Below are positions 9,691-21,056 of a stretch of 64,000 nt of DNA, piece after piece. The notes under the pieces are model-generated. The model made no database searches, was not told the origin of the DNA, and saw nothing but the letters and a program-made list of their open reading frames with translations. The stretch comes from Caldisphaera sp. (GTDB lineage Archaea > Thermoproteota > Thermoprotei_A > Sulfolobales > Acidilobaceae): contig JBMFKU010000003.1 in assembly GCA_049971805.1 (NCBI GenBank), positions 1-64,000 on the forward strand. The letters are read 5' to 3'. Numbering within the stretch: the stretch's first letter is position 1; the number at the start of each line of letters is the position of its first letter. The position numbers and the translations under genes were made by a program.

Positions 9691-10809
9691 ATGAAATCTA
9701 TAGGGTCCGATTTAAAAATATTGTTATTATCTACATCTTCGATTAGGTTCAGTTCTATAATAGCGCAATCTGTTGTTCCATTGTATTTAATCGGTTTAAA
9801 ATTTTCTCCTAAAATTGCATCAATAGCCATAGCAATATTATGGATTTCTAATGGTATAGGATCTATAATATCAAGCTTTGTAGAGAAAAAAAGATTGACT
9901 TTTATTATTGGTTTTATTATTGCATTGATGGGATTATTGCTTTTAATTAATTTTAAGCAAATAATTTTTATTTATGCTTCTATAGGATTGTTAGGAATTG
10001 GTCTAGGAGTAATATCAGTATTAATAGCACCTTTAATGCATACCTTGGTTGAATCAAGGGATTATACAGGTATAGGCCTCTATTCTTTAGGTCTATCAAT
10101 AGGATTGATTTTAGGTACATTAATTTCCTCAGTAGTCATAAAATTATTAAATATTAAATATGTCTTTCTAATTACAGTTTTTTACTTAATTTTTTCTTTA
10201 ATTTTTTCTTTAAGATTGAATTTAAATAGTAATAATGTTTTTAAATTAAATTTTAGTTTTAAAGAATTTTTAAAAATTATAGAAAATAAAGAATTTTTAA
10301 AAAGTTACTTGGTAAACTTTTTTTATTCATTTTTATTGCCATTAATGATCTCTTATTGGGGTATATACGAAGAATATAAAAATAAATTAAATCCTTCTTA
10401 TATAATGCTTTTTTTATTTTTTATGTTTTTAATTTCAACAATATTTAGGTACAAATCTTTGCATTTAAATGAAAGAACTATTAATTTATATGAAATATTA
10501 TCAATATTTTCCTTACCTATATTGTTTCTATTGATCAATACCGGAAATTTATTTTTGGGAATTATATCTTTGTTGATATTTTCTTTACCTCATGCATTTA
10601 TATATCCAGTTTCATTGTATAAAGCATATAAATCTTTAAATGAAAATGATTTATATATAGGAAATTACATATTCTCAACATCTTCTGGAATTGCGGAATT
10701 TTTTTCTCCAGTAATAGCATCATTTGCTATTAGCACCTTTTCTTTAAATAACTTATATTTATTTTTTGCTCCAATAGCTTTTTTAACTCTTATAGCTTTT
10801 TTGATTTAA
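9691..10809 (+). CDS. MFS transporter
   Basis: About 12 hydrophobic segments in 372 aa; 1 nt after the GT4 stop. Confidence 0.75.
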   Translation: MKSIGSDLKILLLSTSSIRFSSIIAQSVVPLYLIGLKFSPKIASIAIAILWISNGIGSIISSFVEKKRLTFIIGFIIALMGLLLLINFKQIIFIYASIGLLGIGLGVISVLIAPLMHTLVESRDYTGIGLYSLGLSIGLILGTLISSVVIKLLNIKYVFLITVFYLIFSLIFSLRLNLNSNNVFKLNFSFKEFLKIIENKEFLKSYLVNFFYSFLLPLMISYWGIYEEYKNKLNPSYIMLFLFFMFLISTIFRYKSLHLNERTINLYEILSIFSLPILFLLINTGNLFLGIISLLIFSLPHAFIYPVSLYKAYKSLNENDLYIGNYIFSTSSGIAEFFSPVIASFAISTFSLNNLYLFFAPIAFLTLIAFLI

Positions 10810-10830
10810 AGTGAACTAAGGTAGATTGGA

Positions 10831-11937
10831 TTGAATAAGAGCAATAAATTTATTATAATTGGCTTCATTATAATGTCTTTTAATTCTTTATATCAATACT
10901 CATGGAATGCCCTATCACCACTTTTATATAAAGGCCTATCGGTATCTATCCAAGAAGTTTCTGTTGCTTTCACATTGTTTACGATTTTTTCTACAATTTT
11001 TCAAATAATTGGAGGTATAATAGCAGATAAACATGGTCCAAAGATTATAGGTATATTTTCTTCATTAGCATCTTCTATTGGGTTTTTAGGAACATCGTTT
11101 AGTAAAAATTTATATAGTTTTTATTTATTTTGGTCCATTGGTAGTGCTGGCGAAGGAATTTTATATATGATAGCATCAAATTTAGCAGTTAAGTGGTTTA
11201 AAATTAATAGAGGATTAGCTACCGGTCTTATTTCCTTAGGATTTGGTCTTGGTTCTTTTATAGCTGATCCATTAATATCAACATTTACATCTTTTAAAAA
11301 ACCTATGCTAATTATAGGTTTAATTGAGTTGATTTTGTTACCAATTCTTTTATACTTATCAGATTATCCAAGTAAAGGCTTAATTGGGATTAGCCCAACA
11401 AAAATTATTACAATGCGTAAATGGTGGCTAATTTATTTTTCTTATGCATTATCCGTAGTTCCCCTTTTATCATTATCTAGTTCATTATATTATTTGGCTA
11501 GCGGATCGTCTAAGGGAATATTAGTTTTGCTAATCAGTTCGTTTGCTTTATTTAGTGGCTTAGGTAGACCAATACTTGGCTATGTTTCAGATAAAATAGG
11601 TAGGATTAAAACAATGATTATAGCCCTAGTCTTAGTAATTATAGGTAGCTTTTTAATAATATTAAAGCAATTTGTTGTTTCATCCATTATTATAGGCATA
11701 TTTGATGGTTCTATGATACCTCTGTATTTTTCATTTATAGGGGATGTCTTTGGCATAAAATACTCTACATCTAATAATGCGATTTTATATACTGGTAAGG
11801 CACTTGGAGGAATTTTTGGAGGAATTATTTTTTCAGTCATATTAACAAAAGGATTATTAATGAGTGGGTCATATTTGTTATTGTTTAGTCTTGCTGGATT
11901 ATTATTGTTGCTTTTATCTATAATTAAAAAGAATTAG
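10831..11937 (+). CDS. MFS transporter, oxalate:formate antiporter (OFA)-like
   Basis: [40 protein letters not shown]. Confidence 0.88.
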   Translation: MNKSNKFIIIGFIIMSFNSLYQYSWNALSPLLYKGLSVSIQEVSVAFTLFTIFSTIFQIIGGIIADKHGPKIIGIFSSLASSIGFLGTSFSKNLYSFYLFWSIGSAGEGILYMIASNLAVKWFKINRGLATGLISLGFGLGSFIADPLISTFTSFKKPMLIIGLIELILLPILLYLSDYPSKGLIGISPTKIITMRKWWLIYFSYALSVVPLLSLSSSLYYLASGSSKGILVLLISSFALFSGLGRPILGYVSDKIGRIKTMIIALVLVIIGSFLIILKQFVVSSIIIGIFDGSMIPLYFSFIGDVFGIKYSTSNNAILYTGKALGGIFGGIIFSVILTKGLLMSGSYLLLFSLAGLLLLLLSIIKKN

Positions 11938-13423
11938 AATCTTCTTCTATAAGCTTTGAGCTAATCATCGGAAATGGTATTATTTCTTTTATACTATAAA
12001 CTTGGGTTAATAACATTACCAATCTATCTATACCGATTCCCAACCCACCTGTTGGAGGCATGCCATAGCTTATTGCTCTGACAAAATCCACATCGTATGG
12101 ATGTGCTTCTTCATCACCCCTTTTCATCAATTCCAATTCTTTTCTAAATAAATTATCTTGTAAAACTGGATCATTCAACTCTGAATAAGCGTTTGCTAGC
12201 TCCATTCCTCCGACATATAATTCAAATCTTTCAACTAGCCCTTGTTTGCTTCTATGAGGTTTACATAAAGGCGTTGTTTCAATCGGATAATCCATTATAA
12301 ATGTGGGCTCGACTATGTTATCAGCAACTAATTTGTCAAATAATTTTTCTATCATAAATCCTCTTATATATAGGTTACCCCTAGGTTTTTGCCCTATTTC
12401 GTCAAGCTTCAATTTAAGCTCATTGTCACTCATTGATTCAACATTTTTTCCTAAGGCTTCTGATAGAGCATCAAACATTGTCATTTTTTTGAATGGTTTA
12501 TTTAAATCTATTTCGAATTCTTTTCCATTAACTATTTTTTTAACTATTGGTTCTTTTAATATATTTTTTGCAACATTTTTTATTAGGTTTTCAGTCAAAT
12601 CCATAATATCTTTATAGTCTGCATAGGCCCAATATAATTCAAGCATTGTAAACTCTGGATTATGAGTTACATCAATATCTTCATTTCTGAACACCTTTCC
12701 TATTTCAAAAACCTTGTTTAAACCACCTACAATGTATCTTTTTAGGTACAATTCTAGTGAAATCCTTAAATACCAATCTTCATTTAATGTATTTATGTGA
12801 GATTTAAATGGTCTGGCCAATGCACCTCCATAAACTGGTTGTAATATGGGTGTTTCTACTTCAATAAAGCCCTGCCTATAAAGGTAGTCTCTTATCTGTT
12901 GAATTATATTAAATCTTTTTATTATGACATCCCTTGCATTAGAATTATATAGAAAATCTACATATCTATGTGCATATCTGAATTCAGGGCTCAGCTTAGA
13001 CCAATCAGGTGGTTCTAATAACGCCTTTGATAGCAAGGAATATTCCTTAATTCTAAGCGTTAATTCACCTTTCATAGTATAAAATAAATCTCCTTTAACT
13101 CCGATAATGTCTCCTCTATTGATTATGTGCAACAGTTCTTCATACTTATTTCCTAATTCATTTACTCTGGCATATAGTTGAAGCCTTTCTCCTTCATCAA
13201 ATAAATCTATAAAAGAAGCCTTTCCATGTCTTCTTATATTTGCAACTCTTCCCACTGTTGAAACGTTAAGCATAAAAGGCTCATGCTGTTTTTTTCCATA
13301 TCTTTCAGCTTCGTTTTTAATTTGTAATATTGTGTGAGTAAATTTATATTTGACAGGATAAGGGTTTATTCCTTTAGATATAATTTCGTTTAAAATCTTT
13401 AATCTCTCTTCATCCCATTTCAA
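11924..13423 (-). CDS. lysS: Lysyl-tRNA synthetase, class II
   Basis: OB-fold N-terminus, [38 protein letters not shown]; start moved to TTG 13423. Confidence 0.95.
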   Translation of the reverse strand: MKWDEERLKILNEIISKGINPYPVKYKFTHTILQIKNEAERYGKKQHEPFMLNVSTVGRVANIRRHGKASFIDLFDEGERLQLYARVNELGNKYEELLHIINRGDIIGVKGDLFYTMKGELTLRIKEYSLLSKALLEPPDWSKLSPEFRYAHRYVDFLYNSNARDVIIKRFNIIQQIRDYLYRQGFIEVETPILQPVYGGALARPFKSHINTLNEDWYLRISLELYLKRYIVGGLNKVFEIGKVFRNEDIDVTHNPEFTMLELYWAYADYKDIMDLTENLIKNVAKNILKEPIVKKIVNGKEFEIDLNKPFKKMTMFDALSEALGKNVESMSDNELKLKLDEIGQKPRGNLYIRGFMIEKLFDKLVADNIVEPTFIMDYPIETTPLCKPHRSKQGLVERFELYVGGMELANAYSELNDPVLQDNLFRKELELMKRGDEEAHPYDVDFVRAISYGMPPTGGLGIGIDRLVMLLTQVYSIKEIIPFPMISSKLIEEDSNSF

Positions 13424-13481
13424 TCTAAAGCACCAATGTTTATGTAATAACACTGAGATTTAAGGTTTAATTTAATTCTAA

Positions 13482-13880
13482 CTAAATTTCTTCGCAAATG
13501 GTTTGTTTTATATCTTTGGCAATTTTATTTTCTACTTCAAAATTCCATAGCATTTCTGGAACATCTATAAACATAAAGATTTCGGATAATAGCAATGTCT
13601 CAACAGCCGTTACTGCTAGATTTTGTATCCATTTACCAATCCCTATTCTAATAGCTATGTTATTAGGTTCTCCAGTTAATAAGATGTTTAATGATCTTTC
13701 TGCTGCAATGATGTCTCTTAAAAAACCTCCTTTTTGTGCTTGAATTAAAACTCCATGAGGAGAATCTTTTGATACTTGGGTCTTAAATCCTTGTGATTTA
13801 AGATATTCTAAAATTTTCTCCTTTAAAGTAGATATATCTAAATTTTTACCAGAACAATTAATGACTTTTTCTGAAACCAT
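13482..13880 (-). CDS. Hypothetical protein
   Basis: 132-aa ORF with GAGGTG SD; no motif recognised with confidence. Confidence 0.7.
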   Translation of the reverse strand: MVSEKVINCSGKNLDISTLKEKILEYLKSQGFKTQVSKDSPHGVLIQAQKGGFLRDIIAAERSLNILLTGEPNNIAIRIGIGKWIQNLAVTAVETLLLSEIFMFIDVPEMLWNFEVENKIAKDIKQTICEEI

Positions 13881-13978
13881 ATCTAAACACCTCTAATATA
13901 GTATTTTTCTAGATTAAATACTTTTATACGTAGGAAAATTTTTATTTTAAATTATATTAGGATTGGTAGGGAGTATTG

Positions 13979-14207
13979 ATGAAAATTCCTTTGTTAAGCG
14001 ATATATAGAGCGGCATATGCCTTGCTTGATACAGAAAATTGCAATGTAGAATTAAGGAGAACAAAATATGATATAGACAAATTGATTTGGTTACTTGAAT
14101 ATCTTAAAATACCAGAACCTTATATTGGAGCTTTAAAATACATGTTTTTAAATGGATCTGTTCCTAAAAAACCTAATGGTACGAACAAAGAAAAATACAC
14201 TTTTTAA
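13979..14207 (+). pseudogene. Metallophosphoesterase remnant with large internal deletion
   Basis: ATG 13979 gives MKIPLLSDI (cf. MKIxxxSDIH), joined out of frame to RAAYALLDTE...VELRRTKYDI (family C-terminal motif); catalytic core missing. Confidence 0.7.
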
Positions 14208-14390
14208 TAATTGTTTGATGTGTGCCTTATTTTTTGCAACTATGTTTAATCCTATTGTTCATATTATGGGTTATAAATTAAATACAAACTTTTCCTTTTA
14301 AATGGTTTATCCATAATTTTAAGCATATTGATTTGAGAATATTTGCTAGATCTTGAAAATTATCTAAATTAATTATGTTCAGAATTTTAA

Positions 14391-15287
14391 CTAAAGTGTA
14401 GATTTTATATTGATTTGATCTATTTTATTTTTTAGAAATTCTGATAATTTAGTATTATTGTCTACATAAGGATCTTTTCTTAATATTATTGTATTATCTT
14501 TGTCATTGCTTCCTAATATTGGCTTTGATAAGATTATAATTACCTTAGACTTCTTATTTTTTCCTATTTCAATATTTTTTATATCAGAATATGATATTGA
14601 TATCTTAGATGCTTTTTTTCTACCTGAATTTATTACATCCATATGATCATTGTAAAATGCTATATAACTTACATTTCTTCTAATACCCATAAAGAATGCA
14701 TCTAATATAAATGCTAAGAAAAGGAAAATATATGAAGTTAATACGGAATAAGGTGCGATGAAGATAGCAATTAATATAGGTAATATCATAATTAATGTAT
14801 TAACTATATTTGATCTTCCATTACCAATAACTGTAGCAATAGGTCTTTCTGGAACTTTTCCTTCCCTGTTTATAGTTTCCAAAGATCTGTGCATTGTAGC
14901 ACTGAGATATGCTAAATAGATAACGCCGGCTATATCATAGGGAGAGCTAAAACTGCTTGTAAAAGTATTGTTTTCAAACTTAATGTATCCTATAATGAAA
15001 TTATTTTGATCCATAATTCTTATTTCCTTACCAGATAAAAGGATGTTCATTATTTGGTCGGATTTCAGTTCTGGCTTTAATGTAAATGAAATTAAATTTA
15101 GTTCAAACCCTTTACCTTTTCCAATATTTTTGTTATTTTGAAATATTTTATATCCAGAAAATCCTGGCTTGATGGTGAATTGATATGGGTATTTTCCGTT
15201 AACTATAATTTCCTTTTTTGTATATTCTATATCGCAACATTTTGAATTGTCCTCGTATATTTCGGTTCCTTTCAATTCAAACCTCAA
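14391..15287 (-). CDS. Hypothetical membrane protein (2 TM, soluble flanking domains)
   Basis: 298-aa ORF with two adjacent hydrophobic helices; GGGG SD. Confidence 0.65.
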   Translation of the reverse strand: MRFELKGTEIYEDNSKCCDIEYTKKEIIVNGKYPYQFTIKPGFSGYKIFQNNKNIGKGKGFELNLISFTLKPELKSDQIMNILLSGKEIRIMDQNNFIIGYIKFENNTFTSSFSSPYDIAGVIYLAYLSATMHRSLETINREGKVPERPIATVIGNGRSNIVNTLIMILPILIAIFIAPYSVLTSYIFLFLAFILDAFFMGIRRNVSYIAFYNDHMDVINSGRKKASKISISYSDIKNIEIGKNKKSKVIIILSKPILGSNDKDNTIILRKDPYVDNNTKLSEFLKNKIDQINIKSTL

Positions 15288-15396
15288 TTTTTACCCCTTT
15301 AATCTTAAGTAAATTAAGATAATACGCTTTTTCATGAGAGATCGTTGCCTACAATTTATTTATAGCTAGTTCATAAATTATGTATTGGGAATAAAA

Positions 15397-16377
15397 ATGA
15401 GAGAGCTAAGATATAACCCGTTAACCGGACAATGGATAATGGTTTCCTCAATAAGAAAGGAAAGAAGATGGAGACCTCAGAATTATTGTCCATTTTGTCC
15501 CGGTGCCGAAGAAACCGGCTATGGTTGGGATACACTTGTGTTGCTAAATAAGTTTGCAGTATTAAGTTTTGATGCAGAAAATGTTAAAAGTAATGGGTTT
15601 TATAGAAAAGCAAAAGCTATGGGTGAGTGCGGAGTTATTATTGAAACACCTGTGCATGATGTAAAAGACCTTGATGGATTAGATATTATGCAATTAGTTA
15701 AAGTGTTAAATCAATGGAAAAAGATTACTGAAAAGTATAAAAATGATAGAAGAATAGCATATTTGATGATTTTTAGAAATAAAGGTGAAGAAATCGGAGT
15801 AAGCTTGACCCATCCTCATGGTCAATACTACGCATTACCATTTATTCCGCTAAGAATAAGAAACATGGTGAGAAACTCTAGAAGGTATTTCAATAGATAC
15901 AATGAATGTATATTTTGTAGAATAAAAGATGAAGAGTTGGAATCAAGAGAAAGAGTTTTTTATCAAAATAACAGCTTTATTTCATTCTTACCATATTTTG
16001 CTAGCTGGCCCTATGAAATACATATATATCCTAAAAAACATGTGCAATATATGACTCAATTAAGTGATAACGATATTTTAGATTTTGCTGATTCTTTAAA
16101 AATTTCCTTAAAAGTTTTAAATTCAATTTTTGATAGGGAAATGCCATATTCTTTTGCATTGATTCAGGCACCCTTTAGAGGAAGATTCGAAAATTATTTT
16201 CACATGCATTTAGAAATATATCCCATACTAAGAGACAAAGATAAGATAAAGTATGCTGCGGGTATTGAAATGAGTACTTGGGATTTTACTTATGATGGAA
16301 TCCCTGAAGAGAATGCAAAAAAATTAAAAGAGGCTTGCAAAAAAATTAATATTGAAAAAAATGGAAGTTGTGTTTAG
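15397..16377 (+). CDS. galT: Galactose-1-phosphate uridylyltransferase
   Basis: ELRYNPLTGQW, CPFCPG, SLTHPHGQ active-site motif. Confidence 0.93.
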   Translation: MRELRYNPLTGQWIMVSSIRKERRWRPQNYCPFCPGAEETGYGWDTLVLLNKFAVLSFDAENVKSNGFYRKAKAMGECGVIIETPVHDVKDLDGLDIMQLVKVLNQWKKITEKYKNDRRIAYLMIFRNKGEEIGVSLTHPHGQYYALPFIPLRIRNMVRNSRRYFNRYNECIFCRIKDEELESRERVFYQNNSFISFLPYFASWPYEIHIYPKKHVQYMTQLSDNDILDFADSLKISLKVLNSIFDREMPYSFALIQAPFRGRFENYFHMHLEIYPILRDKDKIKYAAGIEMSTWDFTYDGIPEENAKKLKEACKKINIEKNGSCV

Positions 16378-16388
16378 TGGTGAAGTTA

Positions 16389-17447
16389 ATGAATAGAGTT
16401 TATTCCCCTGGAAGGGTTAATATAATAGGAGAGCATACAGATTATTCGTATGGATATGTAATGCCTATAGCTATTAATTTATATACAATAATTGATTATG
16501 AAAAGAGTGATAAATTAGTTTTGTATTCAGAAGCTTATAATGAGACAAAGGAGTTTGATTTAGCTAATATTAAATCTAAAACCAATAGTTGGCTTGATTA
16601 TATAATAGGAGTATATAAAGTAATGCATGATATGGGGTTAAATCCTGGGCCAATAAATGGTAAAATTAGCGGAAACTTACCTATAGGATCAGGCCTAAGC
16701 TCAAGCGCTAGCCTAGAATTGGCTATAGCAGCAGCATTAAATCATACTTATGAATTAAAGCTAGATCGCCTACAGATGGCATTAATAGGAAAAAAAGCTG
16801 AAAATGAATTCGTTGGGGTTCCATCTGGTATATTAGATCAATTTGCGGTATCCTTTGGGAAGAAAGGATATGCAATATTTTTAGATACTCAAACATTAAA
16901 ATATCAGTATATACCCTTTCCAGATATATTACAAATCATTGTCTTTAATACAGGGATAAAAAGAGAATTAGCGAATAGTGAATATGCCAATAGAAAGAAA
17001 ATTGTAGAAGAGTCATTAGGGATTTTAAAAAAGAATTCTTCTAAAGAAATAAATGAAAAGGATTTAGATAAGTTACCACTATTGCATAAGAAAAGGATGG
17101 GTTACATAATTAGAGAAAACCAAAGGGTATTAATGGCAATGGATTGTCTTAAAAACCATGATTATGTGAGTTTAGGTAAAATTCTTGTGGAAGCTCATAG
17201 AGATATAGCTACAAATTATGAGGTAAGCAGCCCAGAACTAGATTTTGTAGTAAATGAAGCTCTTAAGTATGGAGCTTATGGGGCTAGACTAACAGGAGCA
17301 GGTTTTGGTGGATCTGCTATAATATTGAGTGGCAAAGAAAATTCAGAAAAAATTGCTAAAAAAGTTTATCAAAGTTATACAAAAGAGTTTAAATATAAGG
17401 CATCTTATACTTTAGTTGAAGCCAGTGAAGGTACATATGTTTTGTAA
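16389..17447 (+). CDS. galK: Galactokinase
   Basis: PGRVNIIGEHTDY, PIGSGLSSSA, GARLTGAGFGG. Confidence 0.95.
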   Translation: MNRVYSPGRVNIIGEHTDYSYGYVMPIAINLYTIIDYEKSDKLVLYSEAYNETKEFDLANIKSKTNSWLDYIIGVYKVMHDMGLNPGPINGKISGNLPIGSGLSSSASLELAIAAALNHTYELKLDRLQMALIGKKAENEFVGVPSGILDQFAVSFGKKGYAIFLDTQTLKYQYIPFPDILQIIVFNTGIKRELANSEYANRKKIVEESLGILKKNSSKEINEKDLDKLPLLHKKRMGYIIRENQRVLMAMDCLKNHDYVSLGKILVEAHRDIATNYEVSSPELDFVVNEALKYGAYGARLTGAGFGGSAIILSGKENSEKIAKKVYQSYTKEFKYKASYTLVEASEGTYVL

Positions 17448-17449
17448 AA

Positions 17450-18538
17450 TCATTGTATTATATTTCCATTAGTATCAAATAATTTGATTTTTTCAGGCCT
17501 AACAAACATATACATTTCCTTACCAGCTTCTATATGTCTATCTGTGTTAATTGAAAATTCTATTGATTCATCATTAATTGGGGAAACCACTAATCTAAAT
17601 ACACCTGCTGTATAACTAGATACTTTGACTCTAACCTTACCTATGTTAACAAAATCATTAATAACTTCAGATTCTGATATTTTCATATCTTCCGGCCTTA
17701 TACCAATCCTTATCACATCTTTATCCAATTTTTTATTTAAAGGAATGGATAAATTTCCTAAAATAATTCTATTATCTTTAATCTCCGCATTAACAACGTT
17801 TATATCACCAAGCAATCTTGATACTATTTCTGATATAGGATTATCATAAATATCTGAAGCATAGCCCTTTTGGGCTAACCTTCCATTTACTATAACCCCG
17901 GCTTCTTCAGCAATGGAAAATATATCTGCCGGATCGTGAGAAACTATAATTGTTGTAAGCTTAAGTTCTCTTTGTATTTTTCTCACTAAGGCTCTTGCGC
18001 TATCTCTAATTTGAGCATCTAAATTGCTAAAAGGCTCATCTAATAATAAAAGCCTTGGATTTTTAACTAAAGCCCTTGCAATTGCAGTTCTTTGCATTTG
18101 TCCTCCTGATATTTCTCTTGGATAGTGACTTAAAACAGACTTAATGTTTAATACGTCTGCAATTTCATTAACTCTTTTATTTATTTCTTCTTTTGGTATC
18201 TTTATGTTTTTCAAAGGAAAGGCTATATTATCATAAACTGTCATATTTGGATATAATGCCCAATTCTGGAAAACCAGCGATATTCCTCTATTTTCTGGTT
18301 CAACGATTATTTTATTTGGGGCAGAAACCATTTGATCATTATAATAAACATAACCATCTGTTGGAATTTCTAATCCAGCTATGAGTCTTAATAATGTTGT
18401 TTTCCCTCCTCCACTTGGTCCAACTATACCAAATGCTGAACCATCTTTGACTTCAAGAGTAATTTTATTAGCTGCATATACCTCAATTTTACCCTTTTTG
18501 AATACTTTTGTTAACTCCTTCAATTTTACATTAACCAC
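17450..18538 (-). CDS. glcV: Sugar ABC transporter ATPase, GlcV-like (CUT1)
   Basis: GPSGGGKTT, VFQNWALYP, ISGGQMQR, LLDEPFSNLD; resembles Sulfolobus GlcV. Confidence 0.8.
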   Translation of the reverse strand: MVNVKLKELTKVFKKGKIEVYAANKITLEVKDGSAFGIVGPSGGGKTTLLRLIAGLEIPTDGYVYYNDQMVSAPNKIIVEPENRGISLVFQNWALYPNMTVYDNIAFPLKNIKIPKEEINKRVNEIADVLNIKSVLSHYPREISGGQMQRTAIARALVKNPRLLLLDEPFSNLDAQIRDSARALVRKIQRELKLTTIIVSHDPADIFSIAEEAGVIVNGRLAQKGYASDIYDNPISEIVSRLLGDINVVNAEIKDNRIILGNLSIPLNKKLDKDVIRIGIRPEDMKISESEVINDFVNIGKVRVKVSSYTAGVFRLVVSPINDESIEFSINTDRHIEAGKEMYMFVRPEKIKLFDTNGNIIQ

Positions 18539-18705
18539 GTTAATGCGCCTCTTTAATAAGCTTAATCAACTACCCGTTTTTGTAAATATTAACACAGGCT
18601 TATAGACTTTAATAATATTATAAAAAATTAATTAATAAATTATAGTATTAAATATTAAAAAAATTAATATAGTTGATATGGCTAAGGAAAATTTGCCTTT
18701 TGCAT

Positions 18706-19494
18706 TTAAGTAATTAAATTAATGTCAAACCTAAAATAACTTATATCATTTGGCTTTAAGATTTTCAGTCCAATTTTGTTATTATATGCATCTGGCGCTC
18801 CGCTCATAGGCTCTATTGCGATAGAATTTTTAATTCCTGTATATATCTGAAAATATGGCATGCCTTCGGTATTGATTTCTATATTAGAATAGCCTGATAT
18901 TAGTTTAATACTGTTTCCTACAAGGAAGCAATCATCATATTCCTTTGAATTGTTTAAGTCAAAATCAACAATTTCCCCAGTTGGTATTTTATTTATGCTT
19001 AAACATTTTTTGACAAACCTTGGTAAGATAGTGTAGTCTTGGTCAATTAAAAAATATGGATGCCCCCCAACAGTTAGAGGACCATTGGAATTCCCTATAT
19101 TTTCTATAGCATACTCCACAGACAAATTTCTTTCTGTAATTTTATAGTTTACAAATATATTAAGCTCTGTAGGATAGCCATCGTCTATAAGATGGTAATT
19201 TAAACTCAAAAAGTTTTTGTCATTTTGTTTAATTGAAAATTTTTTATCTAATATTAACCCATGTATTGCATTTCCTTCGCTATTCTTTCTTAAAACATAT
19301 TTTTTATTTTCAAAAATGTATTCACCGTTTTTTATCCTATTAGCAAATGGAATTAAAATGGCCATGCCACCATGAGTAGGGTTATTTAAGTTTCCATCCA
19401 ACAATATTTTTTTACCATTTAATGTTAGCAAGTATAAATATGCACCTATTTCAGATATATTTGCTTTAGAATTTAAATAACTAATTTCGATCAT
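18706..19494 (-). CDS. Aldose 1-epimerase (galactose mutarotase family)
   Basis: LIPFANRIKNG, NAIHG, GGHPYF, AIEPM. Confidence 0.88.
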   Translation of the reverse strand: MIEISYLNSKANISEIGAYLYLLTLNGKKILLDGNLNNPTHGGMAILIPFANRIKNGEYIFENKKYVLRKNSEGNAIHGLILDKKFSIKQNDKNFLSLNYHLIDDGYPTELNIFVNYKITERNLSVEYAIENIGNSNGPLTVGGHPYFLIDQDYTILPRFVKKCLSINKIPTGEIVDFDLNNSKEYDDCFLVGNSIKLISGYSNIEINTEGMPYFQIYTGIKNSIAIEPMSGAPDAYNNKIGLKILKPNDISYFRFDINLIT

Positions 19495-19631
19495 CGTATC
19501 GCCTATTTAAAAATGCATGTGTATCTTAATAAATTTTTTAAAATATTCGTATAAAAGTTTAAAAATATTTATTTATAAAATACATAAAAACTTATGTAAG
19601 TAAAAATTACATTAAGGGTGATGAATTAATA

Positions 19632-21056
19632 ATGAGTGATATAGATAATAACAAATTAACAAATTATCTTAGATTAAAAAAGATGACTCATCTAAGAAAG
19701 GAGCTATCATTTATTGATTTGTTGTTTTTATCGTTAGGAGGTCAAGCACCATTTTTATCGTTATTAACTTATGCAACATCAGTTATTATATATTCTTTAT
19801 TATTTTCTCCCATAGTAGTTTTGTTAGGAACTCTCATAGTATTATTAAATGGATTGGTTGTATTTAAGTTATCTAGAAAATACGAAGAAACTGGAGGTTA
19901 TTATATATATGCTATGTACAGCCTTACTAGGCGATTGGGTCTAGAAACTGGTTGGATGTATATATTCTATTCATCATTTTATGGAACAGCATATCTGGTT
20001 GGTTCTAGCTTTGTGTTGCACTATGTTTTTGGTTTTTCTCCTATTCTGGCATTGTTTGTCTCAATTATTCCTGCATCAGTATTTTTATTAATGGGATTAA
20101 GACCATCCGCAAAATACGCAGAGATATCTGGAGTTGTAGAGATCTTAATAATAGTTGCAGTATTTTTTGTTGGGATATATTTAGCTCATTTCAGATTTTA
20201 TAATCCGCTTCAAAGGGTTCCATCAATAAGCGATATATCATTAGCAATATTGTTTGCAATTGGTATACCTACCGGCTATGGATCGATAACACCTTTATCA
20301 GGAGAAACTATCAACACTAAGGATGTAGGTAAAGCTATATTATACGTAATAATCATTGGAGGATTTGTAGCAAGTCTGGGTGTATATGGACTAATTGATA
20401 TGGGATTATATACAAATCAACTTTCGATAATATTTAAAAGCAGTATACCAATATTAGATATTATGAAATCAAATTTAGGTATTTATTCCATAATTATAAT
20501 GATTTATGCAGCAATTAGTGATGGCATATTAGCATCTCTTTCATTTATGTTGGGTACTTCAAGAACTATATATGCAATGGCACAAAAAGATATGCTACCA
20601 AGCGTTTTTACATGGTTAAGAAACAATCAGCCAATAATGGCTTCTCTATTAACTATAGCAATATATGCTATTATTTCTGTCCCAAGCCTGTTAGTTATAA
20701 AGAATCCTTTTTATTTATTCTTAGAATTAGGTGCGATAGCTGGATTGGCGAATTTATTTGTTCATTTATCCGCAAACTTCTCTTTGTTCTTCTCTTCATT
20801 AAAAGACCTGAGGAAAAAAGCAATTTATAAAAGCGAAAAAATTTTAAAAAGAATAGCTAGTTTTATTTTAGCTAGGCTTGGGGAAATTTTTCTTTCTATT
20901 ATAGGAGTCACGTTTTCTTTATTTGTTCTCCTATATTCTCTAGGTACAGTTAACAGAATAGCAGAAAATTTATTTATGGGATGGATAATAGTTGGTTTTC
21001 TGTATGCAGAAATAGTTGATAGCATAAAGTCTACAAAAGAAAACAATAACCGCTAA
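19632..21056 (+). CDS. APC-superfamily amino acid permease
   Basis: 12 TM, GGYYIYA, SRTIYAMA..MLP. Confidence 0.88.
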   Translation: MSDIDNNKLTNYLRLKKMTHLRKELSFIDLLFLSLGGQAPFLSLLTYATSVIIYSLLFSPIVVLLGTLIVLLNGLVVFKLSRKYEETGGYYIYAMYSLTRRLGLETGWMYIFYSSFYGTAYLVGSSFVLHYVFGFSPILALFVSIIPASVFLLMGLRPSAKYAEISGVVEILIIVAVFFVGIYLAHFRFYNPLQRVPSISDISLAILFAIGIPTGYGSITPLSGETINTKDVGKAILYVIIIGGFVASLGVYGLIDMGLYTNQLSIIFKSSIPILDIMKSNLGIYSIIIMIYAAISDGILASLSFMLGTSRTIYAMAQKDMLPSVFTWLRNNQPIMASLLTIAIYAIISVPSLLVIKNPFYLFLELGAIAGLANLFVHLSANFSLFFSSLKDLRKKAIYKSEKILKRIASFILARLGEIFLSIIGVTFSLFVLLYSLGTVNRIAENLFMGWIIVGFLYAEIVDSIKSTKENNNR

